This document shows positions 18,335 through 28,898 of a stretch of DNA of 64,000 nt, in pieces. The translations under genes and the position numbers were made by a program. Under the pieces are notes generated by a model that saw nothing but the letters and a program-made list of their open reading frames with translations, did no database searches and had not been told where the DNA came from. The stretch is from NCBI GenBank assembly GCA_964624535.1, contig CAZUXF010000003.1:104308-168307 (forward strand), written 5' to 3'. Source of the DNA: an uncultured Anaerolinea sp. (GTDB lineage: Bacteria; Chloroflexota; Anaerolineae; Anaerolineales; Anaerolineaceae). Position 1 is the stretch's first letter. Each line of letters starts with the position of its first letter.

Positions 18335-18763
18335 ATGGAAACTTATCGCTTTCACTTTCCGATCACTGTTCGATATGGCGACCTTGACCCTCAATGGCAT
18401 GTCAATAACGCCCGTTTTCTCTCATTTGCAGAACAAGCCCGCTTTGCCTACCTGGTGGAATTGGGATTGTTTGATGGCAAGTCCTTCTGGGATCTGCCCT
18501 TGATCGTAGGCGACGTTCATTGTCGTTACAAGGTGCCGATCGACCCGGGGGTCACCGTGGACGTCGCTACAGGGGTGATCAGTATTGGGCACAAGAGCCT
18601 GGTCATGGGCTGTCGCATCTCCAGCCTGGATGGCGCGGTGACACACGCCGAAATGGAAACCATCATGGTGGCTTACGATTACCGCACCAAATCCGCGGTG
18701 CCCATCTCGGATGATTTGCGGGCAAAGTTAGAAGCTTACGAAGGCAAGACGTTCCAGAAATAA
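18335..18763 (+). CDS. acyl-CoA thioesterase (4HBT/YbgC-like hotdog fold)
   Basis: 142 aa. The ...VRYGDLDPQWHVNNARFLSF... motif is typical of 4HBT thioesterases. Confidence 0.75.
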   Translation: METYRFHFPITVRYGDLDPQWHVNNARFLSFAEQARFAYLVELGLFDGKSFWDLPLIVGDVHCRYKVPIDPGVTVDVATGVISIGHKSLVMGCRISSLDGAVTHAEMETIMVAYDYRTKSAVPISDDLRAKLEAYEGKTFQK

Positions 18764-18775
18764 TAAGAGGTGACC

Positions 18776-19822
18776 ATGCAGCTCCCGCAAGTGGACGAGG
18801 GTTTACTGACCAAGTTTTTAGTGGATCTATTAAAGACTCCCAGCCCGACGGGCTTCACACAAGAAGCCATCGCGCTGGTGGACCGCGTTTTTCGCAACCT
18901 CCCCGGTGTCACCACCCGCGTTCTGCCAAAAGGTGGGTTGTTGGTTACCGTTCAGGGTAAAGCTGAAGACTCCCCGCGGGCACTTACCGCGCATGTAGAC
19001 ACACTCGGCGCCATGGTAAAAACTATTAAGTCAAACGGCCGCCTGGGTCTTTCGCAACTCGGTGGATTTTCGTGGAACACTGTGGAAGGAGAAGGTTGCA
19101 CGGTCTTCACCCGCTCCGGCAAGCGCGTTCGCGGGTCCATTCTGATTGAAAGTCCCTCAGTGCATGTTCACGGCTCTAAGGTTAACGAGACCAAGCGTGA
19201 AGCAGAGCATATGGAAGTGCGCCTGGACGAACGTGTGAACACTACCGAGCAGGTGCAGCAACTCGGCATCAGCGTGGGTGACTTCGTCTCCTTTGATCCT
19301 CGGGTGGAGCTGACCAACGGATTTGTGCGATCGCGCCACCTGGATGACAAGGCTTGTGTCGCCTGCCTGGTGGAGGCGGTGCGCAGCCTGACTTCCGCGA
19401 ACCTCAAGCCCAAACAAACCACTTTCATCTATATCAATGTTCATGAAGAAATGGGACATTTTGCGCTTACCGATTTCCCAGTGGCGATCACTGAGTTGCT
19501 GGCCGTGGACATGGCAGCCGTCGGTGAAGGGCAGGCTTCTGATGAATTTCACGCAACCCTGTGCGTTAAGGACTCAAGTGGGCCTTACCACCACGGTATG
19601 AGCGAGCATTTTCGCAAGTTGGCTGAAGATCACGATATTAACTACAAGGTGGATATTTATCCACATTACGGATCGGACGGCGCGGCTTACTGGCGGGCGG
19701 GCGGTAATGTCCCCGTCGCCTTGATCGGCCCCGGCGTAGACGCCTCGCATAACTACGAACGCACTCACACTGACGCGCTCGTCGATACCACCCGGTGGGT
19801 GCTGGCTTATCTATTGAATTGA
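18776..19822 (+). CDS. M42 family metallopeptidase
   Basis: LLKTPSPTGFTQEA..., AHVDTLGAMV and a C-terminal metal-ligand pattern. Start could be ATG 18776 or GTG 18770. Confidence 0.7.
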   Translation: MQLPQVDEGLLTKFLVDLLKTPSPTGFTQEAIALVDRVFRNLPGVTTRVLPKGGLLVTVQGKAEDSPRALTAHVDTLGAMVKTIKSNGRLGLSQLGGFSWNTVEGEGCTVFTRSGKRVRGSILIESPSVHVHGSKVNETKREAEHMEVRLDERVNTTEQVQQLGISVGDFVSFDPRVELTNGFVRSRHLDDKACVACLVEAVRSLTSANLKPKQTTFIYINVHEEMGHFALTDFPVAITELLAVDMAAVGEGQASDEFHATLCVKDSSGPYHHGMSEHFRKLAEDHDINYKVDIYPHYGSDGAAYWRAGGNVPVALIGPGVDASHNYERTHTDALVDTTRWVLAYLLN

Positions 19823-20000
19823 TACACCCTTTGTGGGCTCTTGTTGATTTCTAATTCAATACTTACACACGCCTGTTAGAATTCTTATACGACGTCCATG
19901 TCGGGCATTGAAAACTGGTACAATCCAGTTGATTTTTGCACCTACAATAAGCCCTTTCTGCCTTTTAGCGGTAGAAAGTTGTAATCAGGAGGATTAGCAT

Positions 20001-22505
<2,505 letters not shown>

Positions 22506-22559
22506 GAACCTCACAAGTAATTCCACATCTACGGATCATGGAATGATATAGGGTCGTTA

Positions 22560-23726
22560 CTACTTGGCTGAGATGTATAAACTCCCGGCAGCCTTACGAG
22601 TTCGTTCATAAGGCAGCACATCCACCAATTCGTAGTCCTGGCTACCCAACCCCAATTGCTCGCCGTAACGCACCACCACGTAGGGGTCCTTGAAGGGGCC
22701 GTGCAGTTGAGAGAATGGATGCGCGTCAATTTGCTGGGCTTCCATGCAATCGGGGATGTTGTCCAGCAGCAAAGGCAGGCTGGCGGTTTTATCCAGGATA
22801 GCCTTGTCAATGGCTACGATGTCGTCCGAGCCAAAAACGCCTTCGTCGGTGAGAATGGGCATGGAGGTGAAGCCAAAGCAGTCGCACACTGGCGTCATCT
22901 GAGTGGCCAGCGCCAGGTGCGTCATCTTTTCAGGCGCGAAGGTGGAGAGGGTGATGGCGGTCGAGATCGCGCACGCCTCCTGGAAGGAGTGGAAATTGAT
23001 TGGGTCGATCTTCAGGCTGCCGGCGGGGGCTACTTCTTGGCAGCGCATGCACTGGTTGCACGGCTCAAAGTGCAAGTGCAGTTCATCGGGATCTTTCTTG
23101 TCAAACACGATGGCATTAAACGGGCACGAATCCACGATCTTCTGCATGGTCGCCCGGTCGCTGCATCTTTCTTTGAACCAATACTTGTCGTAATGATTGG
23201 TGTCATGCAGCTTGCTGCGCGTCTCGCCAACCATGCAGCCAAGGGCGATATTTTTGAAAGCCGCGCCGAAACCGCAGGAGGGGTGGCCTTTGACATGAGA
23301 AAAGTTGACCATGAAACTGGCGTCCTCGACCATACCGGCTACTTTCCAGGTCTTGATGTTTTTATATTCGCGTTCGTGATCGTAATAATACTTGTCTTTG
23401 GGTCCCGCCACCGGGAAAACCGGGCAGCCGAGCACTTCTGTTGTGTATCCGCGGGTTTCACAACCCGCCACATCCCAATCCACGTCAGCGATAAAGGGTT
23501 TGCCGCCGCCATCTTTGATCGCCTGAACTACTTTTCGAACAAACACGGGGTGTATGACCGAATAACCAATATTGTTGCCAACGTGCAACTTCAGGCAAAC
23601 CTGTTCTCCCTTGACCCGGTCTCTCAGATGTAACGCGTCCAGAACCAGGTCTAGTTTGGCGGGCAAGGTTTCTTTGGCGTCGAGCTGCGCCTGATGCGGG
23701 GAACCGTAAAATACCTTGGATTTCAT
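22560..23726 (-). CDS. DUF362 domain protein with 4Fe-4S ferredoxin-type segment
   Basis: MKSKVFYGSP...LKLHVGNN...GGKPFIADV is the typical DUF362 N-terminus. Internal Cys motifs (CPFNAI..., CNQCMRCQEVAP). Start set to ATG 23726 (SD GAGGT). Confidence 0.65.
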   Translation of the reverse strand: MKSKVFYGSPHQAQLDAKETLPAKLDLVLDALHLRDRVKGEQVCLKLHVGNNIGYSVIHPVFVRKVVQAIKDGGGKPFIADVDWDVAGCETRGYTTEVLGCPVFPVAGPKDKYYYDHEREYKNIKTWKVAGMVEDASFMVNFSHVKGHPSCGFGAAFKNIALGCMVGETRSKLHDTNHYDKYWFKERCSDRATMQKIVDSCPFNAIVFDKKDPDELHLHFEPCNQCMRCQEVAPAGSLKIDPINFHSFQEACAISTAITLSTFAPEKMTHLALATQMTPVCDCFGFTSMPILTDEGVFGSDDIVAIDKAILDKTASLPLLLDNIPDCMEAQQIDAHPFSQLHGPFKDPYVVVRYGEQLGLGSQDYELVDVLPYERTRKAAGSLYISAK

Positions 23727-24073
23727 CGGGATTACCTCTGTCGGGTTGGGATGCATTAATATTAACTATTTTAACATAACCACCAAACTCTCCTCGTTCA
23801 TTTTTATAAAAGAGGTTCTCAAAATACTGTGGTTTGCAATACAAGCTGCATTACGAGAGTTGTGCGCTCACCCTTGGATTCATAACCTTCTTTTTCTTGA
23901 CGCCTTGCTTCCTCTCCCGCGGCAAAGCGCCATGACAGACTCAAAACTTGATGCCGTGGGAGAGGGCACGGGGTGAGGGTAAATAGCCAAGGTCATAGGT
24001 GCTGATTTAGCAAATCGCGCCAGTTGACGATGTCCATACAATCCCATACACTTAATTTATCACTGGGAGGCGT

Positions 24074-24595
24074 ATGATCACTTTAAACTCCAAACGACTG
24101 GTCTTGAACCCTCTATCGCTCGAACAGCTCGAGACCGCCCTGGTTTCCATCCGCATGCTGGCCGCGAGTATGGGCGTGCCCATCGTGAGCCGGCTGCTGG
24201 ATGGCGCTGCCGAACGCGCGGTGACGATGAAGATCGAAAAAATGCGCTCCACTCCCCGCGAAAAACACCCCTGGTTTACCTATTGGTTGATCGTTTTAAA
24301 GGAGGAGAAGATCGGGGCTGGCCTGGTGGGTTTTAAAGGAACACCCAACGCCAATGGAGAGATCGAGATTGGCTATGGAATGGACGAACAGTATCAAAGG
24401 TGTGGTTACATGACCGAAGCGGTGAACGCATTGAATGAATGGGCGTTCTCTCACGCGGCGGTGCACGCGATCACAGCAACCCATGTATTAGCCAAAAATT
24501 ACGCATCACAAAAGGTGTTGATTAAAACCGGGTTCGTTGAAGAATTCTCAGACGCTGAATTCATCAACTTTGTTCTTCGCTCTAAAAATCGATGA
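24074..24595 (+). CDS. GNAT family N-acetyltransferase (RimJ/RimL-like)
   Basis: 173 aa with a GNAT core (IGYGMDEQYQRCGYMTEAVNAL). Confidence 0.65.
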   Translation: MITLNSKRLVLNPLSLEQLETALVSIRMLAASMGVPIVSRLLDGAAERAVTMKIEKMRSTPREKHPWFTYWLIVLKEEKIGAGLVGFKGTPNANGEIEIGYGMDEQYQRCGYMTEAVNALNEWAFSHAAVHAITATHVLAKNYASQKVLIKTGFVEEFSDAEFINFVLRSKNR

Positions 24596-24624
24596 TTTTT
24601 ACCAATTTCAAATTAATCAGACTC

Positions 24625-24653
24625 TTGACTTTATCGGTCGTGAAAATTAAAAT
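24625..24653 (+). promoter_or_regulatory. sigma70-type promoter TTGACT-N17-TAAAAT
   Basis: TTGACT 24625-24630, 17-nt spacer, TAAAAT 24648-24653. Predicts a roughly 350-nt leader before ATG 25014. Confidence 0.5.
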
Positions 24654-24659
24654 AAAATC

Positions 24660-24937
24660 GCTACAGACACATCATTTCGAATCAACTTCATCGAAAGAAA
24701 GGTTTTCAAATGCAATTGGAAGAGTCGGGTAACGCCAAAGACGTGCCTCCCCTTAGTTGCCGGGGATTTTTAGCGTTATCCACATTCATCGCAGACAGGG
24801 TCGTGTTGTCTGGTCATAAAAGGCGAACCAACCGCAGTTTTCAACGCGGTATGGATGCGCGTAAAGCCAGGCTCGAAGGCTCTCATGAGGTACCAGTCTG
24901 ATCAATTAAGTTGATCATCTTCGGCATGGAAACCCCG
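24660..24937 (+). promoter_or_regulatory. long structured 5' leader; possible Mg2+-responsive (M-box-like) riboswitch aptamer
   Basis: Multiple local helices. Islands reminiscent of M-box conserved segments occur in the right order: GGAAGAGTC 24718, CCAAAGACG 24735, CATAAAAGGCGA 24815, AAGGCTCTCATG 24876. My by-eye alignment is not conclusive. Confidence 0.35.
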
Positions 24938-24973
24938 CCGGCTGGTGCTTCGGTCACCAGTCGGTTATTTTTT
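24938..24973 (+). terminator. intrinsic terminator inside the leader (attenuator / expression platform)
   Basis: 10-bp stem CCGGCTGGTG/CACCAGTCGG capped by a C(UUCG)G loop, then TTATTTTTT. Sits about 30 nt upstream of SD AAAGGAGG. Confidence 0.7.
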
Positions 24974-25013
24974 AAGCGCCGCGTCCAAAGTGCAATCGAA
25001 AAAGGAGGTTATC

Positions 25014-26282
25014 ATGCCGTTTATCAGTCAACTCATTGGAAGAACCGTCGTCGACTCGGAGGGGAAAAACCTGGGTCACATCGACGAGATCCTCGCCATC
25101 CAAAAGCCAGACCATGTTCACCCAGTTTTGGTCAGCCTGGCGGTTTATGAAAAAAATCTCCTGGTGAATTACCCTATTGCGGAGGTGGCCGTTCTATTCT
25201 CGAGCGTCATCCCCCTGGCGCGCCCGAAAAATGAACTCAAAACTTACTCCCGCACAGGGGACGAGATCGAATTGATCGCCAATGTGCTGGACAAGCAGAT
25301 TATCGACACCAACGGCATTCGTGTGGTGCGGGTGAACGACCTCGAGATCGCCCATGTTAATGGTGATTACTTTGTGTCAAACGTGGATATCGGCTCAACA
25401 GGTATCTTTCGCCGCATCGGATTCAACCGGCTGGCCGAATGGTTGAACTCGGTTTTTGCAAAACGAGCCCAGACCAACATGATCTCGTGGGATTTTGTGG
25501 AGTTATTGGTGCACGACCAGTTTATGCGCTTAAAAGTGCCGGGCGAGAAGATTCGCGATCTACACCCCGCCGACCTGGCCGAACTGCTCAGCGATATGAA
25601 CCACAATGAAAGCCGCAACCTGCTGGATTCGATGGACATCGAACACCTCGCGGACGCCCTGGAAGAAGTGGAGCCGGAATTCCAGGCCACGCTGGTGCAA
25701 GGAATGAGCGACGAACGTGTGGCTGACGTGTTGGAAGAAATGTCGCCTGACGAAGCCGCTGACTTGCTGGCTGAACTGCCGGCCGAGCGCAGCGAGGACC
25801 TGCTCGAGTTGATGGAAGACCAGGAAGCCCGTGAAGTGCGCTTACTGCTTTCTTACCCCGAAGACACCGCGGGAGGCTTGATGACCACCGATGTGGCTAC
25901 CATCCGCCCCGGGTTGACCGCTGCCAAGGCCATTGAAGCCATTCGCGCCGCGGAACCGGATGCCGAGTCAATCTTCTATATTTATGTTACAGACGATGAG
26001 AACCGCCTCCTGGGTGTGTTTTCCTTAAGCGATTTGGTATTGGCCAAACCCAGCACCCAGGTAGCCAACTTTATGCATCCGAAAGTCGTCTCTGCCAATG
26101 TGCTCACCAAACAGGAAGCCCTGGCGCAACTGATCGCCAAATACAACCTGTTGACCATCCCCGTTGTCGATGACGGAAACCGCCTGCTGGGTATGGTCAC
26201 CGCGGATGACGCGCTCGACAAGATCATCCCCACCGCCTGGAAGAAAAAACTTCCGCGCTTCTATTATTACAATCGCGATTAG
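25014..26282 (+). CDS. soluble MgtE-like sensor module: PRC-barrel + MgtE N-domain + CBS pair, no membrane domain
   Basis: The acidic helical MgtE_N region (DLHPADLAELLSDM...ADVLEEMSPDEAADLLAELPAERSEDLLELM) is followed by tandem CBS (GLMTTDVATIRPG...; NLLTIPVVDDGNRLLGMVTADDALDKI). The protein ends without any hydrophobic segment. Start ATG 25014 has SD AGGAGG. Confidence 0.8.
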   Translation: MPFISQLIGRTVVDSEGKNLGHIDEILAIQKPDHVHPVLVSLAVYEKNLLVNYPIAEVAVLFSSVIPLARPKNELKTYSRTGDEIELIANVLDKQIIDTNGIRVVRVNDLEIAHVNGDYFVSNVDIGSTGIFRRIGFNRLAEWLNSVFAKRAQTNMISWDFVELLVHDQFMRLKVPGEKIRDLHPADLAELLSDMNHNESRNLLDSMDIEHLADALEEVEPEFQATLVQGMSDERVADVLEEMSPDEAADLLAELPAERSEDLLELMEDQEAREVRLLLSYPEDTAGGLMTTDVATIRPGLTAAKAIEAIRAAEPDAESIFYIYVTDDENRLLGVFSLSDLVLAKPSTQVANFMHPKVVSANVLTKQEALAQLIAKYNLLTIPVVDDGNRLLGMVTADDALDKIIPTAWKKKLPRFYYYNRD

Positions 26283-26294
26283 GGGGATGTTCGA

Positions 26295-27593
26295 ATGATG
26301 AGATCTTCCCTGCGCACCACCCTGCGCCGCTGGAGCACCCTGCCATTTGCGCGCTCCTTGATCCTGTTTTTTGGCGTTTTCGGCCCGGCCACGATCACCG
26401 CCATGGCCGATAACGACGCTGGCGGGGTGGCAACCTATTCCGTGGCGGGCGCCACGCTTGGTTACCCGGTCTTGTTCATCCTGTTGATCATCACCGTCTT
26501 GTTGGGCGTCACCCAGGAGATGGGTATGCGCCTGACCCTGGTCACCCGCCGAGGTCTGGCTGATCTGATCCGAGAGAAATTTGGCATCCGGGTTTCGCTG
26601 TTGATCTTCAGCGCCCTGCTCATCGCCAACCTGGGCACCCTCACCGTGGAACTCGCGGCGGTTAAAGTAACCAGCGGCATGCTCAATTTGCCAGCAATCC
26701 CGTTCATTTTTTTGATCGTTTTGATCGCAGGTTTGGTCGTCACCAAGGGCAATTACAAGCTCACCCAGGGCATCATGCTCGTTACCAGCCTGTTTTATCT
26801 CGCCTACATCATTTCGGCGGTCAAAGCCAAACCCGATTGGAACCTGGCTCTGACCAATATTTTCTGGCCGCATGGCGTAGAAGTAACCCCTGCCTATTTG
26901 CGCAATTATCTATTGATCGGCATGGGCGTGTTGGGAACCACCATCACTCCATGGGGACAATTTTTTATCAGCAGCTTCGCCTACGACAAGAACATTGAGG
27001 CAGGCAAGATCATCTACTCTCAACTGGAAACTTATGTGGGCGCCTTCCTGACCAATTTTTTCTCTTTTTTCATGGTCGTGGCCACCGCAGCAACCCTGTT
27101 CGTTAATAAAATCCCGCTGGTTTCAGGTGAGGCCGCTGCCATGGCGATCAAACCCTTCGCCGGAGAATTAGCCGGAACCCTGTTTGCCTTCGGCATCCTC
27201 AACGCCGGATTTATGGGATTGATCGTGGTCTCGCTCTCCACGGCATACGCGTTCGCTGAATTTTTTGGTTTGCAAGGCAGCCTGGATAGTAATTACAAAC
27301 AAAGCAAGTCGTTCTACCTGATCTTTATCGTGCAACTCTTGCTGGCAACCGTTTTCGTCATGTTCCCAGGCGTATCCCTCTTTAAACTGGCTATTATCAC
27401 CCAAACCATCAACGCGATCGCCCTTCCGCTCGTTTTTTACTACCTGATCCGCCTGGCCAACGACAAGAGTCTGATGGGTGAACACCGCAACAACGCTTTT
27501 CAAAAATGGTTCACCATAGCGGGCTCAGTTGCCATCTTTGTTGCCTCCTTGTTGACCCTGACGGCCACCTTTTTTCCACGATTGGGGCAGTAA
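26295..27593 (+). CDS. Nramp-family transporter with non-canonical metal-site motifs (NRMT-like)
   Basis: 432 aa with about 11 TM segments and Nramp-like layout. TM1 reads MADNDAGGVAT where canonical MntH has DPGN. TM6 reads GTTITPWGQFF where canonical has A-x-x-M-P-H. Confidence 0.75.
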   Translation: MMRSSLRTTLRRWSTLPFARSLILFFGVFGPATITAMADNDAGGVATYSVAGATLGYPVLFILLIITVLLGVTQEMGMRLTLVTRRGLADLIREKFGIRVSLLIFSALLIANLGTLTVELAAVKVTSGMLNLPAIPFIFLIVLIAGLVVTKGNYKLTQGIMLVTSLFYLAYIISAVKAKPDWNLALTNIFWPHGVEVTPAYLRNYLLIGMGVLGTTITPWGQFFISSFAYDKNIEAGKIIYSQLETYVGAFLTNFFSFFMVVATAATLFVNKIPLVSGEAAAMAIKPFAGELAGTLFAFGILNAGFMGLIVVSLSTAYAFAEFFGLQGSLDSNYKQSKSFYLIFIVQLLLATVFVMFPGVSLFKLAIITQTINAIALPLVFYYLIRLANDKSLMGEHRNNAFQKWFTIAGSVAIFVASLLTLTATFFPRLGQ

Positions 27594-27642
27594 AGCGCTG
27601 TATAACCTAGCGTAAGGCAACTTTATTAATTGTGTTGATTAA

Positions 27643-27671
27643 TTGCTTGAAGAACTTTTTCGACTTATACT
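27643..27671 (+). promoter_or_regulatory. promoter TTGCTT-N17-TATACT
   Basis: Hexamers at 27643-27648 and 27666-27671, upstream of the rhomboid gene. Confidence 0.4.
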
Positions 27672-27708
27672 TTGGGTATAGTACTTGAGGTTTAAGAAGG
27701 AGTACCCC

Positions 27709-28356
27709 ATGCTGCCTATCGGTGATGACAACACCCAACGCCGGATTTTCCCGATTGTGACCTACGGATTGGTCGCGATCAATATCTTCGTTTTCCTGCT
27801 TGAGCTGGTCGGCGGCGACGCATTTATCGTAAAATGGTCGTTCGTGCCTGTTCGCTTCCTTGCCAACCCGGGCGCGGATTTTATCACCCTGTTCACTTCG
27901 CTATTTATGCACGCCGGATGGATGCACCTGGGCGGTAACATGCTTTACCTGCTTATCTTCGGCGATAATGTTGAAGACCGGTTTGGCCATTTCAGATTCC
28001 TGGTTTTCTACCTGGTCGCTGGCCTGGCCGCCATGATGGCTCAATTCTTCGTATCGATGACCACCAACATTCCCAACCTGGGTGCATCTGGCGCCATCGC
28101 AGGTGTGCTGGCGGCTTACCTGCTGCTCTTCCCAGGCCGGCGGGTGCGCGTATTAGTCATGGCCTGGATCGTGACCCTGCCCGCCCTGTTGGTCATCGGC
28201 GCCTGGATTGTGATCCAACTGATCAGCGGAATGGGCACCATCTCTACAACGGCGGATACCGGCGGGGTGGCGTATATGGCGCACATCGGTGGATTCGCGG
28301 CAGGGTTTCTGCTAACCTTATTCATGCGCAAACGCGCGAGACCGGCTTACTACTAA
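27709..28356 (+). CDS. rhomboid family intramembrane serine protease
   Basis: GASGAIAGVLAAY (GxSG) and AHIGGF motifs with six hydrophobic segments. ATG 27709 has SD AAGGAG. Confidence 0.85.
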   Translation: MLPIGDDNTQRRIFPIVTYGLVAINIFVFLLELVGGDAFIVKWSFVPVRFLANPGADFITLFTSLFMHAGWMHLGGNMLYLLIFGDNVEDRFGHFRFLVFYLVAGLAAMMAQFFVSMTTNIPNLGASGAIAGVLAAYLLLFPGRRVRVLVMAWIVTLPALLVIGAWIVIQLISGMGTISTTADTGGVAYMAHIGGFAAGFLLTLFMRKRARPAYY

Positions 28357-28372
28357 ACTCAGGAGTGATCCC

Positions 28373-28699
28373 ATGGCATATGATGAGACTTTAGGGCAAC
28401 GCGTTAGAACGCTGCTCAGCGCTGAACCTGTCGTCGAGAAAAAAATGTTTGGCGGCATCGGTTTCCTGGTCAATGGAAACATGGCCTGCGGCGTCCACGC
28501 TGACAACCTGATCGTCAGGGTGGGCGAAGAGCGCTACGAAGAAATCCTAACCCATCCGCTCGCCCGGCCTTTCGATATGACGGGCAGGCCCATGACCGGC
28601 TGGGTGGAGATCATCCCAACAGGCACCAAACGCGATGTTGACCTGGCTGGATGGGTGCGAACCGGGATGGATTTTTCCAAAACCTTACCGCCAAAATAA
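28373..28699 (+). CDS. TfoX/Sxy N-terminal domain family protein
   Basis: 108 aa. KKMFGGIGFLVNGNMACGV is typical of the TfoX_N domain. Confidence 0.7.
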   Translation: MAYDETLGQRVRTLLSAEPVVEKKMFGGIGFLVNGNMACGVHADNLIVRVGEERYEEILTHPLARPFDMTGRPMTGWVEIIPTGTKRDVDLAGWVRTGMDFSKTLPPK

Positions 28700-28898
28700 T
28701 TGACTCAGCGTCATTCTACCGACGATATAAATCGCATTCTCACTTCAGTAAGTGGTGGGGATGCGATTGGTTAAATTTATATGAGTTGTGTTAGAACGGA
28801 ATTTAACTGATTGACGCGCCTGTTTAACTATTGTATTCTTATTAGAATTCTAAGTTGTGGTCTTGTGTTCAACGTTGAGTGTAAAAGCGAGGTTCAGA

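Noticed and set aside
19823-20000. CtsR operator (GGTCAAA direct repeat) upstream of clpC
   Set aside because: I looked for it and found no GGTCAAA-type repeat in the upstream region.
24776-24784. Isolated perfect DnaA box TTATCCACA in the leader
   Set aside because: It is a single copy with no neighbouring boxes or AT-rich tract, which is compatible with chance (about 0.5 expected per window).
24710-24901. 63-aa ORF inside the MgtE-sensor/Nramp leader
   Set aside because: No SD, an Arg-rich unstructured translation, and the region folds into extensive RNA helices. It is better explained as a non-coding leader.
26025-26873. 282-aa minus-strand ORF spanning the sensor/Nramp junction
   Set aside because: It is antisense to two well-supported genes and its Gly/Asp/Gln/His-rich composition lacks motifs.
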